Assembly (NCBI GenBank): GCA_051439505.1
Contig: JBFRWI010000226.1
Span: 9,567-73,566 of the forward strand
Direction: 5' to 3'
Origin: Hormoscilla sp.
GTDB lineage: Bacteria; Cyanobacteriota; Cyanobacteriia; Cyanobacteriales; Desertifilaceae
Length of the DNA: 64,000 bases
Part shown: in pieces, positions 1-9,034 of the stretch
How the letters are laid out: every line of letters starts with the position of its first letter
Numbering within the stretch: the stretch's first letter is position 1
The notes under the pieces: model-generated
What the model saw: only the letters and a program-made list of their open reading frames with translations
The model's database searches: none
What the model was told of the DNA's origin: nothing
Made by a program: the position numbers and the translations under genes

Positions 1-2236
1 GAGAATCTCTCTGCTGAGATAGTGCCTCGCGAAATACCCGAATCAGGCGATCTATTTCTTTAGCTTCCCCTAAGTCGATGAGCCGCACGGCGTCTGGCTG
101 CTGGGCGGGTAGAATAAAGGCTAGGTAACGGGACGGTTTCCATTCCTTTCCACGAGGAGCGGCGGAATCAAAGATACGAGTGCAGACAAACTCCACTAAC
201 GTACTGCCTTCGGGAAGTTCAAAGGTGACAGCGCGGCGATCTGTAGGTTGCTCTTGCAATTTAATTTCCGGAACCTGCTGGGCGAGTTGCCGCTGCAAAT
301 TATCATATTCGATTTGCTTCTGCTGGAGGGTTTCTTTAATACGGCTGAGTTCGCCTGCTTCGGGAATGGCAAAGCTGAGATGAACAATTTCGGAACTCAA
401 GCGGCGCAGTTGCTTAAACTCTGCGGTGAGGTGGGGATAGCGTCCGCTGTAAAGGGCTTGGTTTTGCGCTGCAAGTGCAGAAGCGGAGAGGGCTTTGCGT
501 CGCAGGACCAGATCCAGGAGCGTTTGTACGACTTCTGAAGAGTCTTGGAAGTAGTTCAAGACTAGGGAGAGAAACATTTCAAACCTATGTCTGATGGACT
601 GGAGATAGGTGAGACGGTCTTTTTCAGAACTGAAGGCAAAGGTGCGGCGCAGGATGCGATCGTCAATTTCTGTAGCTTCGGTCATCTTGGCCATCGCCTC
701 AAAGGGACGGTTTGTAGTTGCTAAGAGTGCTGCGAGATTATTAAGACTGGCTGCAACATATGGATGGTCTTCTCCCAATAGGCGTTTTCTCATCTCTAAG
801 GCTTCCTGATGCAACGGTTGCGCCTGAGCAAATCGTTCTTGCTTTTCATAGAGTATTGCCCGGTTATTCATAGTGTTAGCAACATCTAGATGCTCTTCGC
901 CCAATAGGCGTTTCCTCATCTCTAAGACTTCCTGATACAACGTATCCGCCTCAGTCAGGCGTTCTTGCAATTCCCAGATTGATGCCAGATTATTCAGACT
1001 ATTAACAACATCTGGATGCTCTTCACCCAATAGGCGTTTTCTCATATGCAAGCATTGCATATGCAACTGTTCTGCCACCGGAAATAATCCTTGCTTTTGA
1101 TATGATAATGCCAGATTATTCAGGCTGCTAGCCACATTAATATGCTCTTTGCCAAACTTGGCGATCACTATTTTCAAGGCTTCCATATGTTTGTCTAGCG
1201 CCTCAGTAAAGCGCTTTTGCGCCTGGTAGATTAAAGCCAGGTTGTTCAAAGTGGCAGCAACATCTGGATGATCTTGCCCAAGCATGCGTTTTTCTATCTG
1301 TAAGGCTTCCAGATATTTCGATTCTGCCTCAAACAAGCGTCCTATATCTTCGTAGAGACTCGCAAGATTATGCAGACTCTGTGCCACATGAGGATGTTCT
1401 TGTCCAAAGATACGTTTCCTCATCTCCAATGCTTCCAGATGCTTTTCTTCTGCCTCAGGGAAGCGTGATTGCTTCATGTATAGTACTGCGATATTATTCA
1501 GGCACTGCGCCACAAAAGGATGTTCTTCTCCCAGGAAGCGTTTGCTCATCTTCAAAGCTTCCCGATACAACTGTTCCGCCTCATCGAACTCTCCTTGATA
1601 TTCGCAGATGATTGCAAGATTATTCAAACTCCGTGCTACATCAGAATGAGCTGGTCCTAACAGGCGTATGCTCATCCGCAAGGCTTCTTCACACAGAGTT
1701 TTGGCCTCAGCAAAGCGTCCTTGATGTCGGTAAACTACTGCGAGATTATTCAGAATGCCTGCCACCTGGGTATCTTCGTTTCCAAACATTTTTTTTGCTA
1801 TCTGCAAAGCGTCCAGATACAACTGTTCTGCTTCAGGAAAGCGCCCTTGATATCTGTAAATTAATGCAAGCTGATTCTTGCTAGTTGCCAAAAAGAAATT
1901 CTGGTTGTCTCCTGAGAGTTGTCGCACCGTGTCTAAGGCTTGTTGAGCATAAGTTTCTGCCTCATCGTACCTACCCCGATCGGCAAATTCATCAGCTCTG
2001 TTGCTCAGTTCATACCAGAATGCGATCTCTGGTGGCTCCACTGCTAAATTTTGTAACTGTTCAGCATTTATATTTGCTAGATGCGGTGCGAACAGTGTCG
2101 CCATCAGTAGCTCATCGTCATCAAATACCAAGTCTGGGTTAGCCTGCAAAATCTCTGCTTGTTCCTGGCTATTGGAACAACTCGCTAGCGTTCTAATGAA
2201 ATTGAAATAGTCTTCAATGCCTTGTTTTCCGTCCAT
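1..2236 (-). CDS. TPR-repeat + CHAT (caspase-like) domain protein, 3' end outside window
   Basis: Not in the ORF track because there is no stop in the window. ATG at 2236 with AGGAGA upstream; many kinesin-light-chain-type TPRs (H.DVA.SLNNLA..Y..Q.R..EA), followed by YLAFILPAQQPDAVRLIDLGEAKEIDRLI, typical of the region just before cyanobacterial CHAT domains. Catalytic His/Cys would lie outside the window. Confidence 0.8.
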   Translation of the reverse strand, partial: MDGKQGIEDYFNFIRTLASCSNSQEQAEILQANPDLVFDDDELLMATLFAPHLANINAEQLQNLAVEPPEIAFWYELSNRADEFADRGRYDEAETYAQQALDTVRQLSGDNQNFFLATSKNQLALIYRYQGRFPEAEQLYLDALQIAKKMFGNEDTQVAGILNNLAVVYRHQGRFAEAKTLCEEALRMSIRLLGPAHSDVARSLNNLAIICEYQGEFDEAEQLYREALKMSKRFLGEEHPFVAQCLNNIAVLYMKQSRFPEAEEKHLEALEMRKRIFGQEHPHVAQSLHNLASLYEDIGRLFEAESKYLEALQIEKRMLGQDHPDVAATLNNLALIYQAQKRFTEALDKHMEALKIVIAKFGKEHINVASSLNNLALSYQKQGLFPVAEQLHMQCLHMRKRLLGEEHPDVVNSLNNLASIWELQERLTEADTLYQEVLEMRKRLLGEEHLDVANTMNNRAILYEKQERFAQAQPLHQEALEMRKRLLGEDHPYVAASLNNLAALLATTNRPFEAMAKMTEATEIDDRILRRTFAFSSEKDRLTYLQSIRHRFEMFLSLVLNYFQDSSEVVQTLLDLVLRRKALSASALAAQNQALYSGRYPHLTAEFKQLRRLSSEIVHLSFAIPEAGELSRIKETLQQKQIEYDNLQRQLAQQVPEIKLQEQPTDRRAVTFELPEGSTLVEFVCTRIFDSAAPRGKEWKPSRYLAFILPAQQPDAVRLIDLGEAKEIDRLIRVFREALSQQRDS

Positions 2237-2614
2237 TGTAAATATCTCCTAATGTCTTTGAGTATTGAGTGACTGTGTCATTCTAGGTTGGGTGCTGCGG
2301 CAAGGCAACGACCGGTGCAAAGCGCCATATCCGATCGCAGGCGACCCTTCCCGAAACCATCCCGCCGCCTTAACAATATATTGGGGGGTGCTCAATGAAT
2401 TATGCACCCAGGATGACTCTCTCTTCGGCAGGCGATCGGGACCGATCGCACCGAGATCGACGGGCGGGTGCGCGTGCAGTCCGGGGCACGGCACGAGTTA
2501 ATTGATGATATTACCCGATAATCTACTGATGCCGTGCCCCTACCGATCAGATGTATCAACAACATGTATCAACAACGGACGATCGCGATCGCATGGAAAC
2601 TCCCTTAATGATGA

Positions 2615-3466
2615 TTACACTGCGGTAACAGTATATTCCGCATAGAGAACCTGATAGTCCGATCGCCCTTCCAGGTATTGTAGCAACTGATGAAGATGAT
2701 CTTTCTGTAGTTGCGAAGGTTGTTGATCGGGCTGAGGTATCCAGTTGAGGGGCGGCAGCTTTTCCCCCATCACCGCGACTAGCTGCTCAAGCCCAATAGT
2801 ACCAGTAATCTTAAAGGACTTGATGGGCGCACCCTCTTGAGGAAGAACAGTCTCGCCATCAGGGAGATCGGGATGGGGTGCCAGAAAGGAGGGACACAAG
2901 CACAACACCTTACCAGAAGTGGCCTTTTCCAGCAGCAGCAAGTGACCGGCGTGACCCAGCTTAAATTCAAAGCGAATATTACTCCCCAGGCGCACGCACT
3001 TTTGGTAAGGACTCCACATATCCAGGTTGTCAGCAATGACCGGACCCATGAGGTTGGTGGGACGCGCCCGATCGACTAACTGCTGCCAAAGTTGTTCCAG
3101 AGTCAAGGGGCCTTGCACCCATTTAGGAAAGACATCTTCCCGCAACCACCGCTTGGCGATCTTCCACTTGCCTTTAGTAGCGTCGTTAAACTTGCATCCT
3201 TCCTTTTCCAGCTTCTTGCAAATCTCCTTTAAATTGTCGCGTACCTGAGTAGTAGCATGTTTGCAGGCGTCTTCATCCAAATCGTCATGTTTGACTCCCA
3301 GCAAGTCCGGTGCATAAACCTCAGCTAGACTCTTATCATCTAAATCAGCATTGTTTTCGGAGAAGCGTTGCAAGAAGACACTTCTTTTCTTCCCGGTAAA
3401 CCCATAGCGGGTAGCCATTGCTTCCAGGAAGTCTGTCTCAACATTTTCATATTTTTGGTGACTCAT
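2615..3466 (-). CDS. DUF4384-domain protein with N-terminal HTH-like region
   Basis: C-terminal half (VRLGSNIRFEF..GHLLLLEK.TSGKVLCLCPS..P...LP....F.ITG..G.EQLVAV) matches my recollection of cyanobacterial DUF4384 proteins; co-oriented upstream of the CHAT gene. Confidence 0.7.
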   Translation of the reverse strand: MSHQKYENVETDFLEAMATRYGFTGKKRSVFLQRFSENNADLDDKSLAEVYAPDLLGVKHDDLDEDACKHATTQVRDNLKEICKKLEKEGCKFNDATKGKWKIAKRWLREDVFPKWVQGPLTLEQLWQQLVDRARPTNLMGPVIADNLDMWSPYQKCVRLGSNIRFEFKLGHAGHLLLLEKATSGKVLCLCPSFLAPHPDLPDGETVLPQEGAPIKSFKITGTIGLEQLVAVMGEKLPPLNWIPQPDQQPSQLQKDHLHQLLQYLEGRSDYQVLYAEYTVTAV

Positions 3467-3901
3467 CGTCTCATCCTCTCATGGAGTGCTGTCCCTATTC
3501 TAGGTCATGTGATTTGGGAATGGCAACCCAAATCTACCAAAATCTACTTTATTCTTTGTAAATCTACTTTCCCCGCCTCGCCCCCGTATTTCCCGGCAAC
3601 CATTCGCCATCTTTCTACTTGTTTAGACATCTTTCTACTTGAGGCAATTAATCTATTTTTTTCTCTTTAATATCTACTTATGCTTCCCACAACCAAAAGT
3701 TCATTCGCTAGCGTGAAATAGAGGTTGTTAAGGAAAGGATGCGGGTCACTTTTGTCATTTAGCCCGCGCAGGCGGGCTTTGTTCGTGTAGCCGGGCCCTT
3801 TAGGGTTCGGGCGGCGAGGCAAATATGGGATGCACCCAAGGATGCGAATCCTCCCACAACCATGATGACATATTTCTGTAACGAATGACAGGAGCAAACA
3901 A

Positions 3902-4177
3902 ATGAATTATCCTGCTGGAGACCAACTGCGTCGCATAGCTTTGCAAGCCCAAAAGCACCCGCGTCAGAGTAAAGGGCGGCGGATCTTTCTTACCAGGCTG
4001 ATTTGTGAAATCCAACAAACCGGTCAGCTTTCCCGCGCAGATAATGAAGCCCTCGATCGCACGTTCTTTGCCATCTGCCACCAGATCGACGAGTACGACG
4101 AAACCAAAGAGGTAATGGACTGGGCGAAGGAGTTATTCGAGCAGCAATTAGAAGATGCGATCGTCGAAACGCTGTAG
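3902..4177 (+). CDS. Small protein resembling the N-terminus of cyanobacterial sigma-70-like/HTH regulators
   Basis: LRRIALQAQKHPRQSKGRRIFLTRLI..IQQTGQL..EALDRTFFAIC; RBS AGGAG; divergent from the DUF4384/CHAT pair. Confidence 0.5.
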   Translation: MNYPAGDQLRRIALQAQKHPRQSKGRRIFLTRLICEIQQTGQLSRADNEALDRTFFAICHQIDEYDETKEVMDWAKELFEQQLEDAIVETL

Positions 4178-4770
4178 GGCGGGCGTCTCGCCTGCCCGGG
4201 GTTTAACCCCCAGTTAATCTATCTCTTCGCACTTCACCCGCCGGGGGTTCAAACCCCCGGCTAATAGCTAAAGTCGGTTAAAACCGACTAAGAATATAAT
4301 AATAAGGGCCGACAGCGAAAAAAATCGTCTCCCATGCCCGATCGCATGCTTGCACGATCGCCTTTTATCGATGCGCAATAATTTTTGTTCGCGCCAGCCA
4401 ACCGGTGATAAAAATTGTCTCCCATGCCCGATCTCTTATGGTGGGCGGTGCCCACCCTACAGCATTATGTTATTAGTCGGTTTTCAACCGACTTCAGCTA
4501 TTAGCCGTGGGTTTGAACCCACGGCGGGCCGACAGCGAAGAGAAAAAATTTTGTCGGCAATGCCCGATCGCTTGCTCCCCCGATCGCCTTCTATAGATGG
4601 GCGCAAGAAAAGCATTCCCGCGACCACCAACCGGTGAAAAAAATTGTCTCCCATGCCCGATCGCGTAGGGTGGGCACCGCCCACCCTACGGGATTATGTT
4701 ATTAGTCGGTTTTAACCGACTTTAGCTTTTAGCCGGGGGTTAAAACCCCCGGCGGGCCGACAGCGAAGTA
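4176..4770. repeat. Mosaic of REP-like palindromes (BIME-like cluster)
   Basis: Three copies of TTAGTCGGTTTTAACCGACT..AGC..TTAGCC-GGGG..AACCCC in both orientations, GGTGGGC..CGCCCACCCTAC, GGGCCGACAGCGAA x3, TCTCCCATGCCCGATC x3. Related units recur near 38295, 52523 and 54460. Confidence 0.85.
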
Positions 4771-4914
4771 ATAATTTTTATTATAACATTATTGTGTCAA
4801 GCCGTCAAAAATATCTAAACAAAGAAACCCAGTTTCTCCGAGAAACCGGGTTTCTGAGTCATGGGAAAATAAGTCCGCAGCTAACATTTTGATGCACCCT
4901 CAAATATGTTTTAA

Positions 4915-5223
4915 TTATACATAAACTACCTCAGACAAAATCCGCTCTCGGAAGCGGGGGTTCAATGCATTTTTGCTGACCACATCCACCGGCAGCCTGA
5001 GGAGATCGCTGAGTTCGTTTTCCAGTTCCAGGCGTTCGAGCAACTCAGGAGCTTCTAGATAATCTATCAGCACATCGACATCACTATCGTAATGCTGTTC
5101 GCCCCTGACATAGGAGCCAAATATTCCCAACTCCCTCACCTTGTATTTTTCCCTCATAATGGATTTATACTGACTCAGGGTTTCCTTAATTTCCGCCAAT
5201 TTTTTATTCCTCTTCTTGCTCAT
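4915..5223 (-). CDS. Minimal nucleotidyltransferase (MNT/MntA-type antitoxin), orphan
   Basis: IFGSYVRGEQ..DSDVDVLID motif; 102 aa; no HEPN partner adjacent. Confidence 0.85.
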   Translation of the reverse strand: MSKKRNKKLAEIKETLSQYKSIMREKYKVRELGIFGSYVRGEQHYDSDVDVLIDYLEAPELLERLELENELSDLLRLPVDVVSKNALNPRFRERILSEVVYV

Positions 5224-5372
5224 ATTGACATCTGTTAATCATCTCTAGAGATTATAACTTACTGGGCAGATCGACTGTCAAGGGAAAGTCGTAGGGTGGG
5301 CACCTCCCACCGCCGGTGTGGTATTTTTTTACCAACTGGTTTTGACCACGGTTTCTCCGGTCACGGCGGATC

Positions 5373-5585
5373 CAATACTTCTAGGTTAAGCATATAAGTT
5401 GTCATTGCGAGGGGGGTTACGTAGCGATTAACTCATGGGCAATTGAGGAGACCCCCCCGAAGCAATCCCCTCGCCCAGTATAAGTCGGTGAGATTGCTTC
5501 GGGGGGGATTGTTTCGGGGGCTACAAATAGTTAGTTGGAAAGACCCCCCCCCTCGCAATGACAGGTTGTTAACCGAGAAGTCTTG
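5373..5585. mobile_element. MITE, CAATACTTCT.GGTTAA terminal-inverted-repeat family
   Basis: TIRs CAATACTTCTAGGTTAA / TTAACCGAGAAGTCTTG around the core GTCATTGCGAG..GAAGCAATC..GATTGCTTCG..CTCGCAATGAC; no target duplication at this copy. Confidence 0.8.
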
Positions 5586-5635
5586 ACTGCATATATCCTT
5601 GATAAATACAGTATAAACCAGATTTATTCCCAGAG

Positions 5636-5914
5636 TTAAATCTCCTCACGATCGGCGATCGCGATATCAATTTCCAAACGGTGAGCATTAGCATAAGCCC
5701 AAGCATTTCTCAAGTTTGATATACTCAGATGGGGAAAGAGATTGAGAATATCTTCATCACAAGCACCGTGACGACGATAGTTCACCAGTTGCCAAACGGC
5801 GATGTCAGTTCCCTCGATATAAGCATCGCCACCAGGATACTTTTCAATTCCTAACCAACCGTTGGTCATACTTAGGGTTAAAATATCTCGGGCCCGATCT
5901 TTATCCCTGGACAC
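5636..5914 (-). CDS. DUF433 family protein, probably 5'-truncated
   Basis: GIEK.PGGDAYIEGTDIAVWQLV.YRRHG..DEDIL..FP.LS..NL.NAWAYA; an in-frame stop lies just upstream at the edge of a repeat element. Confidence 0.7.
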   Translation of the reverse strand: MSRDKDRARDILTLSMTNGWLGIEKYPGGDAYIEGTDIAVWQLVNYRRHGACDEDILNLFPHLSISNLRNAWAYANAHRLEIDIAIADREEI

Positions 5915-5920
5915 CAGTTA

Positions 5921-6019
5921 AGCAATTCAAAATTCAAAATTCAGAATTCAAAATTGGTAAATTTTTACTATACAAGGATATCGGCGGATATGCCTATGCA
6001 ATTTAAATGCATGACAGCT
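5921..6019. mobile_element. ~100-bp TA-flanked element (AGCAATTCAAAATTC...TGACAGCT)
   Basis: Same ends as the copy at 38095-38194; flanked by TA on both sides; contains TTCAAAA heptamers. Confidence 0.6.
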
Positions 6020-6053
6020 TATGCTATGATTATTTTATCTTACCTAGGCAGGA

Positions 6054-6207
6054 TATTGCATTTCTCAAATTGATGTGTTACAGCCAAATTCCCATTTGTC
6101 ATTGCGAGGGGGGGGTACGCAGCGCTCAACTTATGCTTTAGGAGAGTTAACCCCCCCCCGAAGCAATCTCGCCAATAGCATATCGCAGTAATTTGAGAAC
6201 TGCTATA
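6054..6207. mobile_element. MITE-like element with TAT(A/T)GC..TTCTCA / TGAGAACTGCTATA ends carrying half of the GTCATTGCGAG core
   Basis: Imperfect inverted ends; sister copy at 49478-49625. Confidence 0.6.
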
Positions 6208-6291
6208 TCTCGATCCTAATCTATGCTATGATTTACAGGATATGAGAGAAGCTTAATTTTGAATTAAGAAAGGACGCTCTAGGCGCTTCGC

Positions 6292-6373
6292 GCCTGGGAA
6301 TCACTAAAGTGATTACTACGAACGGCCTGGGAATCACTAAAGTGATTACTACGAACGGTGATTACTACGAACG
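6292..6373. repeat. 2.5 tandem copies of a 33-bp small dispersed repeat
   Basis: GCCTGGGAATCACTAAAGTGATTACTACGAACG at 6292 and 6325 plus a partial copy; no spacers. Confidence 0.9.
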
Positions 6374-6381
6374 GAGAACCG

Positions 6382-7200
6382 ATGAACAAAAGCATTAAAG
6401 TAATCGTATTGGATCTCGATCGCACGATCTTGGGAGAGTCGGGGAAGATCACCCCCAAAGTCAAGCAGGCAATTCAGACGGCCCAGGACCGGGGAGTTAA
6501 AGTCGCGATCGCCACAGGTCGGCCAGTAGCTTCTGCCTTACCCTACTATAATGAAATTAGCTCCCAGTTGCCATTAATAGCTCATAACGGCGCAATAATT
6601 ACCAATCCTAACAGAGGAGAAATCTATCAGCATCTGACCATAGATATAGAAATCGCTGTCCAGGTATTGAACTTGTACCAGCAGATAGATCTACAGTCTG
6701 AACTATCCCTCTTCTGCTACATTCAAGAGCGAGTCTACCTACAGGAATTAACTCCCCAAAGCCAATTATACTCAACCCGGAATAAAATCAATCCTCTTCC
6801 CGTTGGCGACCTCCGTCAAGTCTTAACAACCTCACCCACCTGCATCCTGGCGATTATTAAGAATAGCAGCATGATGAAGCAATTGTGGGTGCTGCTACAG
6901 AAAAATTACGATCGCCAAAAACTCTACATCACCAAATCATCTGCTACCATGCTGGAAACACTCAATCCCGGGGCCAATAAAGGAGCAGCAGTTCGTTACT
7001 TAGTTGAAGAACATCTGGGTCTATCAGCGGAAAACGTGATGACAATTGGCGACAACTTTAACGATCTAGAGATGATCGAGTATAGTAGCATAGGAGTCGC
7101 CATGGGAAATGCTCCCCAGGAAGTGCAAGATCGAGCAGATTGGGTGGCCCCCAGCGTCCAAGCAGATGGAGTCGCCGCCGCGATCGCCAAATTTTTGTAA
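6382..7200 (+). CDS. Cof-type HAD-IIB family hydrolase
   Basis: DLDRT, ATGR, NKG and GDNFNDLEM..GVAMGNA motifs. Confidence 0.93.
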   Translation: MNKSIKVIVLDLDRTILGESGKITPKVKQAIQTAQDRGVKVAIATGRPVASALPYYNEISSQLPLIAHNGAIITNPNRGEIYQHLTIDIEIAVQVLNLYQQIDLQSELSLFCYIQERVYLQELTPQSQLYSTRNKINPLPVGDLRQVLTTSPTCILAIIKNSSMMKQLWVLLQKNYDRQKLYITKSSATMLETLNPGANKGAAVRYLVEEHLGLSAENVMTIGDNFNDLEMIEYSSIGVAMGNAPQEVQDRADWVAPSVQADGVAAAIAKFL

Positions 7201-7328
7201 TCAGTGGCCCGATCGGTACTCAACCTGATACAATATCAAAGAGAAGTGTACATAGTAGTAAATAAGCATTGTTACTCTTAGGCAAATTCTGGTAACAACT
7301 GACAACTGACAACTAACAACTGACAACT

Positions 7329-7796
7329 ATGTTAATGCTGCTATTATATGTAGGGAATGACCGTTACGCCCTGGATATATCTCAGGTCGTGGAGGTGGTG
7401 CCCATGGTGAGTTTCCGCAAGATATACCAAGGACCAGACTATCTGGCAGGTTGGTTTAACTACCGAGGCCAGATAGCACCAGCGATCGACCTATGCCAGA
7501 TAATCAAAGGGGACGAGAGCAGTAACTGCTTGAGCACCCGGATAATTGTGGTAAATTACCAGAGCAACCATAATACTCAGCACCTGTTAGGTTTAATAGC
7601 GGAACGGGTCACCGATACCATAAATTACTCGGAAACTGAGTTGGTTGCTACCGGAATGGAGACAAAAATATTAGGAAAAATGATTATCGACGACCAAGGC
7701 ACGATCCAAACTATCCGAGTAGATAATTTATTAGACTCGACCCAGTTACCAGACCTCTTGCCAGGAAGGGATAAAGATGGAACAGACCGCTATTGA
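7329..7796 (+). CDS. cheW: CheW adaptor (WspB-like)
   Basis: YALDISQVVEVVP..LAGWFNYRGQIAPAIDL..LGLIAERV. Confidence 0.9.
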   Translation: MLMLLLYVGNDRYALDISQVVEVVPMVSFRKIYQGPDYLAGWFNYRGQIAPAIDLCQIIKGDESSNCLSTRIIVVNYQSNHNTQHLLGLIAERVTDTINYSETELVATGMETKILGKMIIDDQGTIQTIRVDNLLDSTQLPDLLPGRDKDGTDRY

Positions 7797-9018
7797 GACA
7801 ATATTGAGAAAAAAAATTGGCTTGGATCCGAAAGTGATGAGTGCTAGCAAGATTAGCAAAGCAGCTCATATACGCCAAGAGGCTTGCGGCCTGCCGGATC
7901 TGCCAACTTATCTGCGGCATTTACAGGCATCCTCTCAGGAACTAGAAGCATTAATTGAAAATGTTATTGTCCCGGAGACATGGTTTTTTCGGAACCCGGA
8001 AGCATTTACTTTTCTGAGTCGTTATGGGAAAAGGAAATGGTACAATGCCAACCAGGTGCTGCGGCTGTTAAGCGTACCCTGTTCTACTGGCGAAGAACCT
8101 TACTCGATCGCCATGTGCCTGATGGATGCAGGTTTGCTGGAGCATCAGTTTCGGCTCGATGCCGTTGACATCAGCAAACGATCGCTGCTGAAAGCGAAAC
8201 GGGCAGTCTACAACCAGAATTCCTTTCGCGGTAAAGACCTAACATTTCGGGAACGCTATTTTCAGCAAACACCAGAGGGTTATCAACTGTCCGAAATGGT
8301 TAGCAGGACAGTTAATTTCCGGAATGGAAATATTCTCGACCCTCTATTTCAGGGGTCAGTAGCCCCGTATCACGTAATACTTTGCCGAAATTTGTTAATT
8401 TATTTCGATCGGTCAGCCCGTTCCCGTGCTATGCAAGTATTAGATCGCTTATTAACTCCTGGAGGTTTGCTGTTTGTCGGACATGCTGAAACCGGGCAGA
8501 TCCCAAGTAACCGCTTTGTATCAGTCCAGCATCCGGGAAGTTTTGCTTACCGGAAAGTAGAACAGACAAAATTGGCGGGTTCCCAAGGGTTCGCCCTAGA
8601 AACATCATTCCCCCTCACGCCACCGGTTTCTAGTCGTCCCAACCCGGTCCAGGAAAAAAGACCATTGACTATTGACAAAGGACCGCTGCCCAAGGATAAT
8701 CCTCAAGAGTCCTGGCTGGAAACAGCCAGAAAATTAGCAGATATCGGACAGCTTGATGAAGCCGCCAACCTATGCGAAACTTACCTGAAGAGCAACCGCA
8801 CCAACCCTCAAGCTTACCTCTTACTGGGAGAGGTGCTGTCGGCGGCGGGGAAAAAAGATCGGGCAGAAGCTAGCTTCCAGAAAGCGATTTACTTAGAACC
8901 CAATTACTATGAAGCCCTGGTCCACTTGGCCCTACTGAAGGAAAATCGCGGGGATATCGGGGGTGCCGCCGTCATCCGGCAGCGAATTCAACGACTGCTA
9001 AAATCTCAGCAATCTTAA
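7777..9018 (+). CDS. cheR: CheR methyltransferase with C-terminal TPR (WspC-like)
   Basis: VPETWFFR, CSTGEEPYSIAM, CRNLLIYF and LFVGHAE motifs plus a TPR tail. Confidence 0.95.
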   Translation: MEQTAIETILRKKIGLDPKVMSASKISKAAHIRQEACGLPDLPTYLRHLQASSQELEALIENVIVPETWFFRNPEAFTFLSRYGKRKWYNANQVLRLLSVPCSTGEEPYSIAMCLMDAGLLEHQFRLDAVDISKRSLLKAKRAVYNQNSFRGKDLTFRERYFQQTPEGYQLSEMVSRTVNFRNGNILDPLFQGSVAPYHVILCRNLLIYFDRSARSRAMQVLDRLLTPGGLLFVGHAETGQIPSNRFVSVQHPGSFAYRKVEQTKLAGSQGFALETSFPLTPPVSSRPNPVQEKRPLTIDKGPLPKDNPQESWLETARKLADIGQLDEAANLCETYLKSNRTNPQAYLLLGEVLSAAGKKDRAEASFQKAIYLEPNYYEALVHLALLKENRGDIGGAAVIRQRIQRLLKSQQS

Positions 9019-9034
9019 GAATTGGAGAACAAAT

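Noticed and set aside
180..2501. Short plus-strand ORFs
   Set aside because: Antisense shadows of the TPR-CHAT gene or of repeats; the same applies to most short ORFs overlapping long genes throughout the window.
4176..4770. Repeat cluster as CRISPR, or the overlapping ORFs 4350-4637 and 4484-4684 as genes
   Set aside because: Mixed orientations and irregular spacing of REP-like palindromes; the ORFs are translations of repeats.
6292..6373. 33-bp repeats as a CRISPR array
   Set aside because: Directly tandem with no spacers and no cas genes; the same motif occurs as a dispersed repeat.
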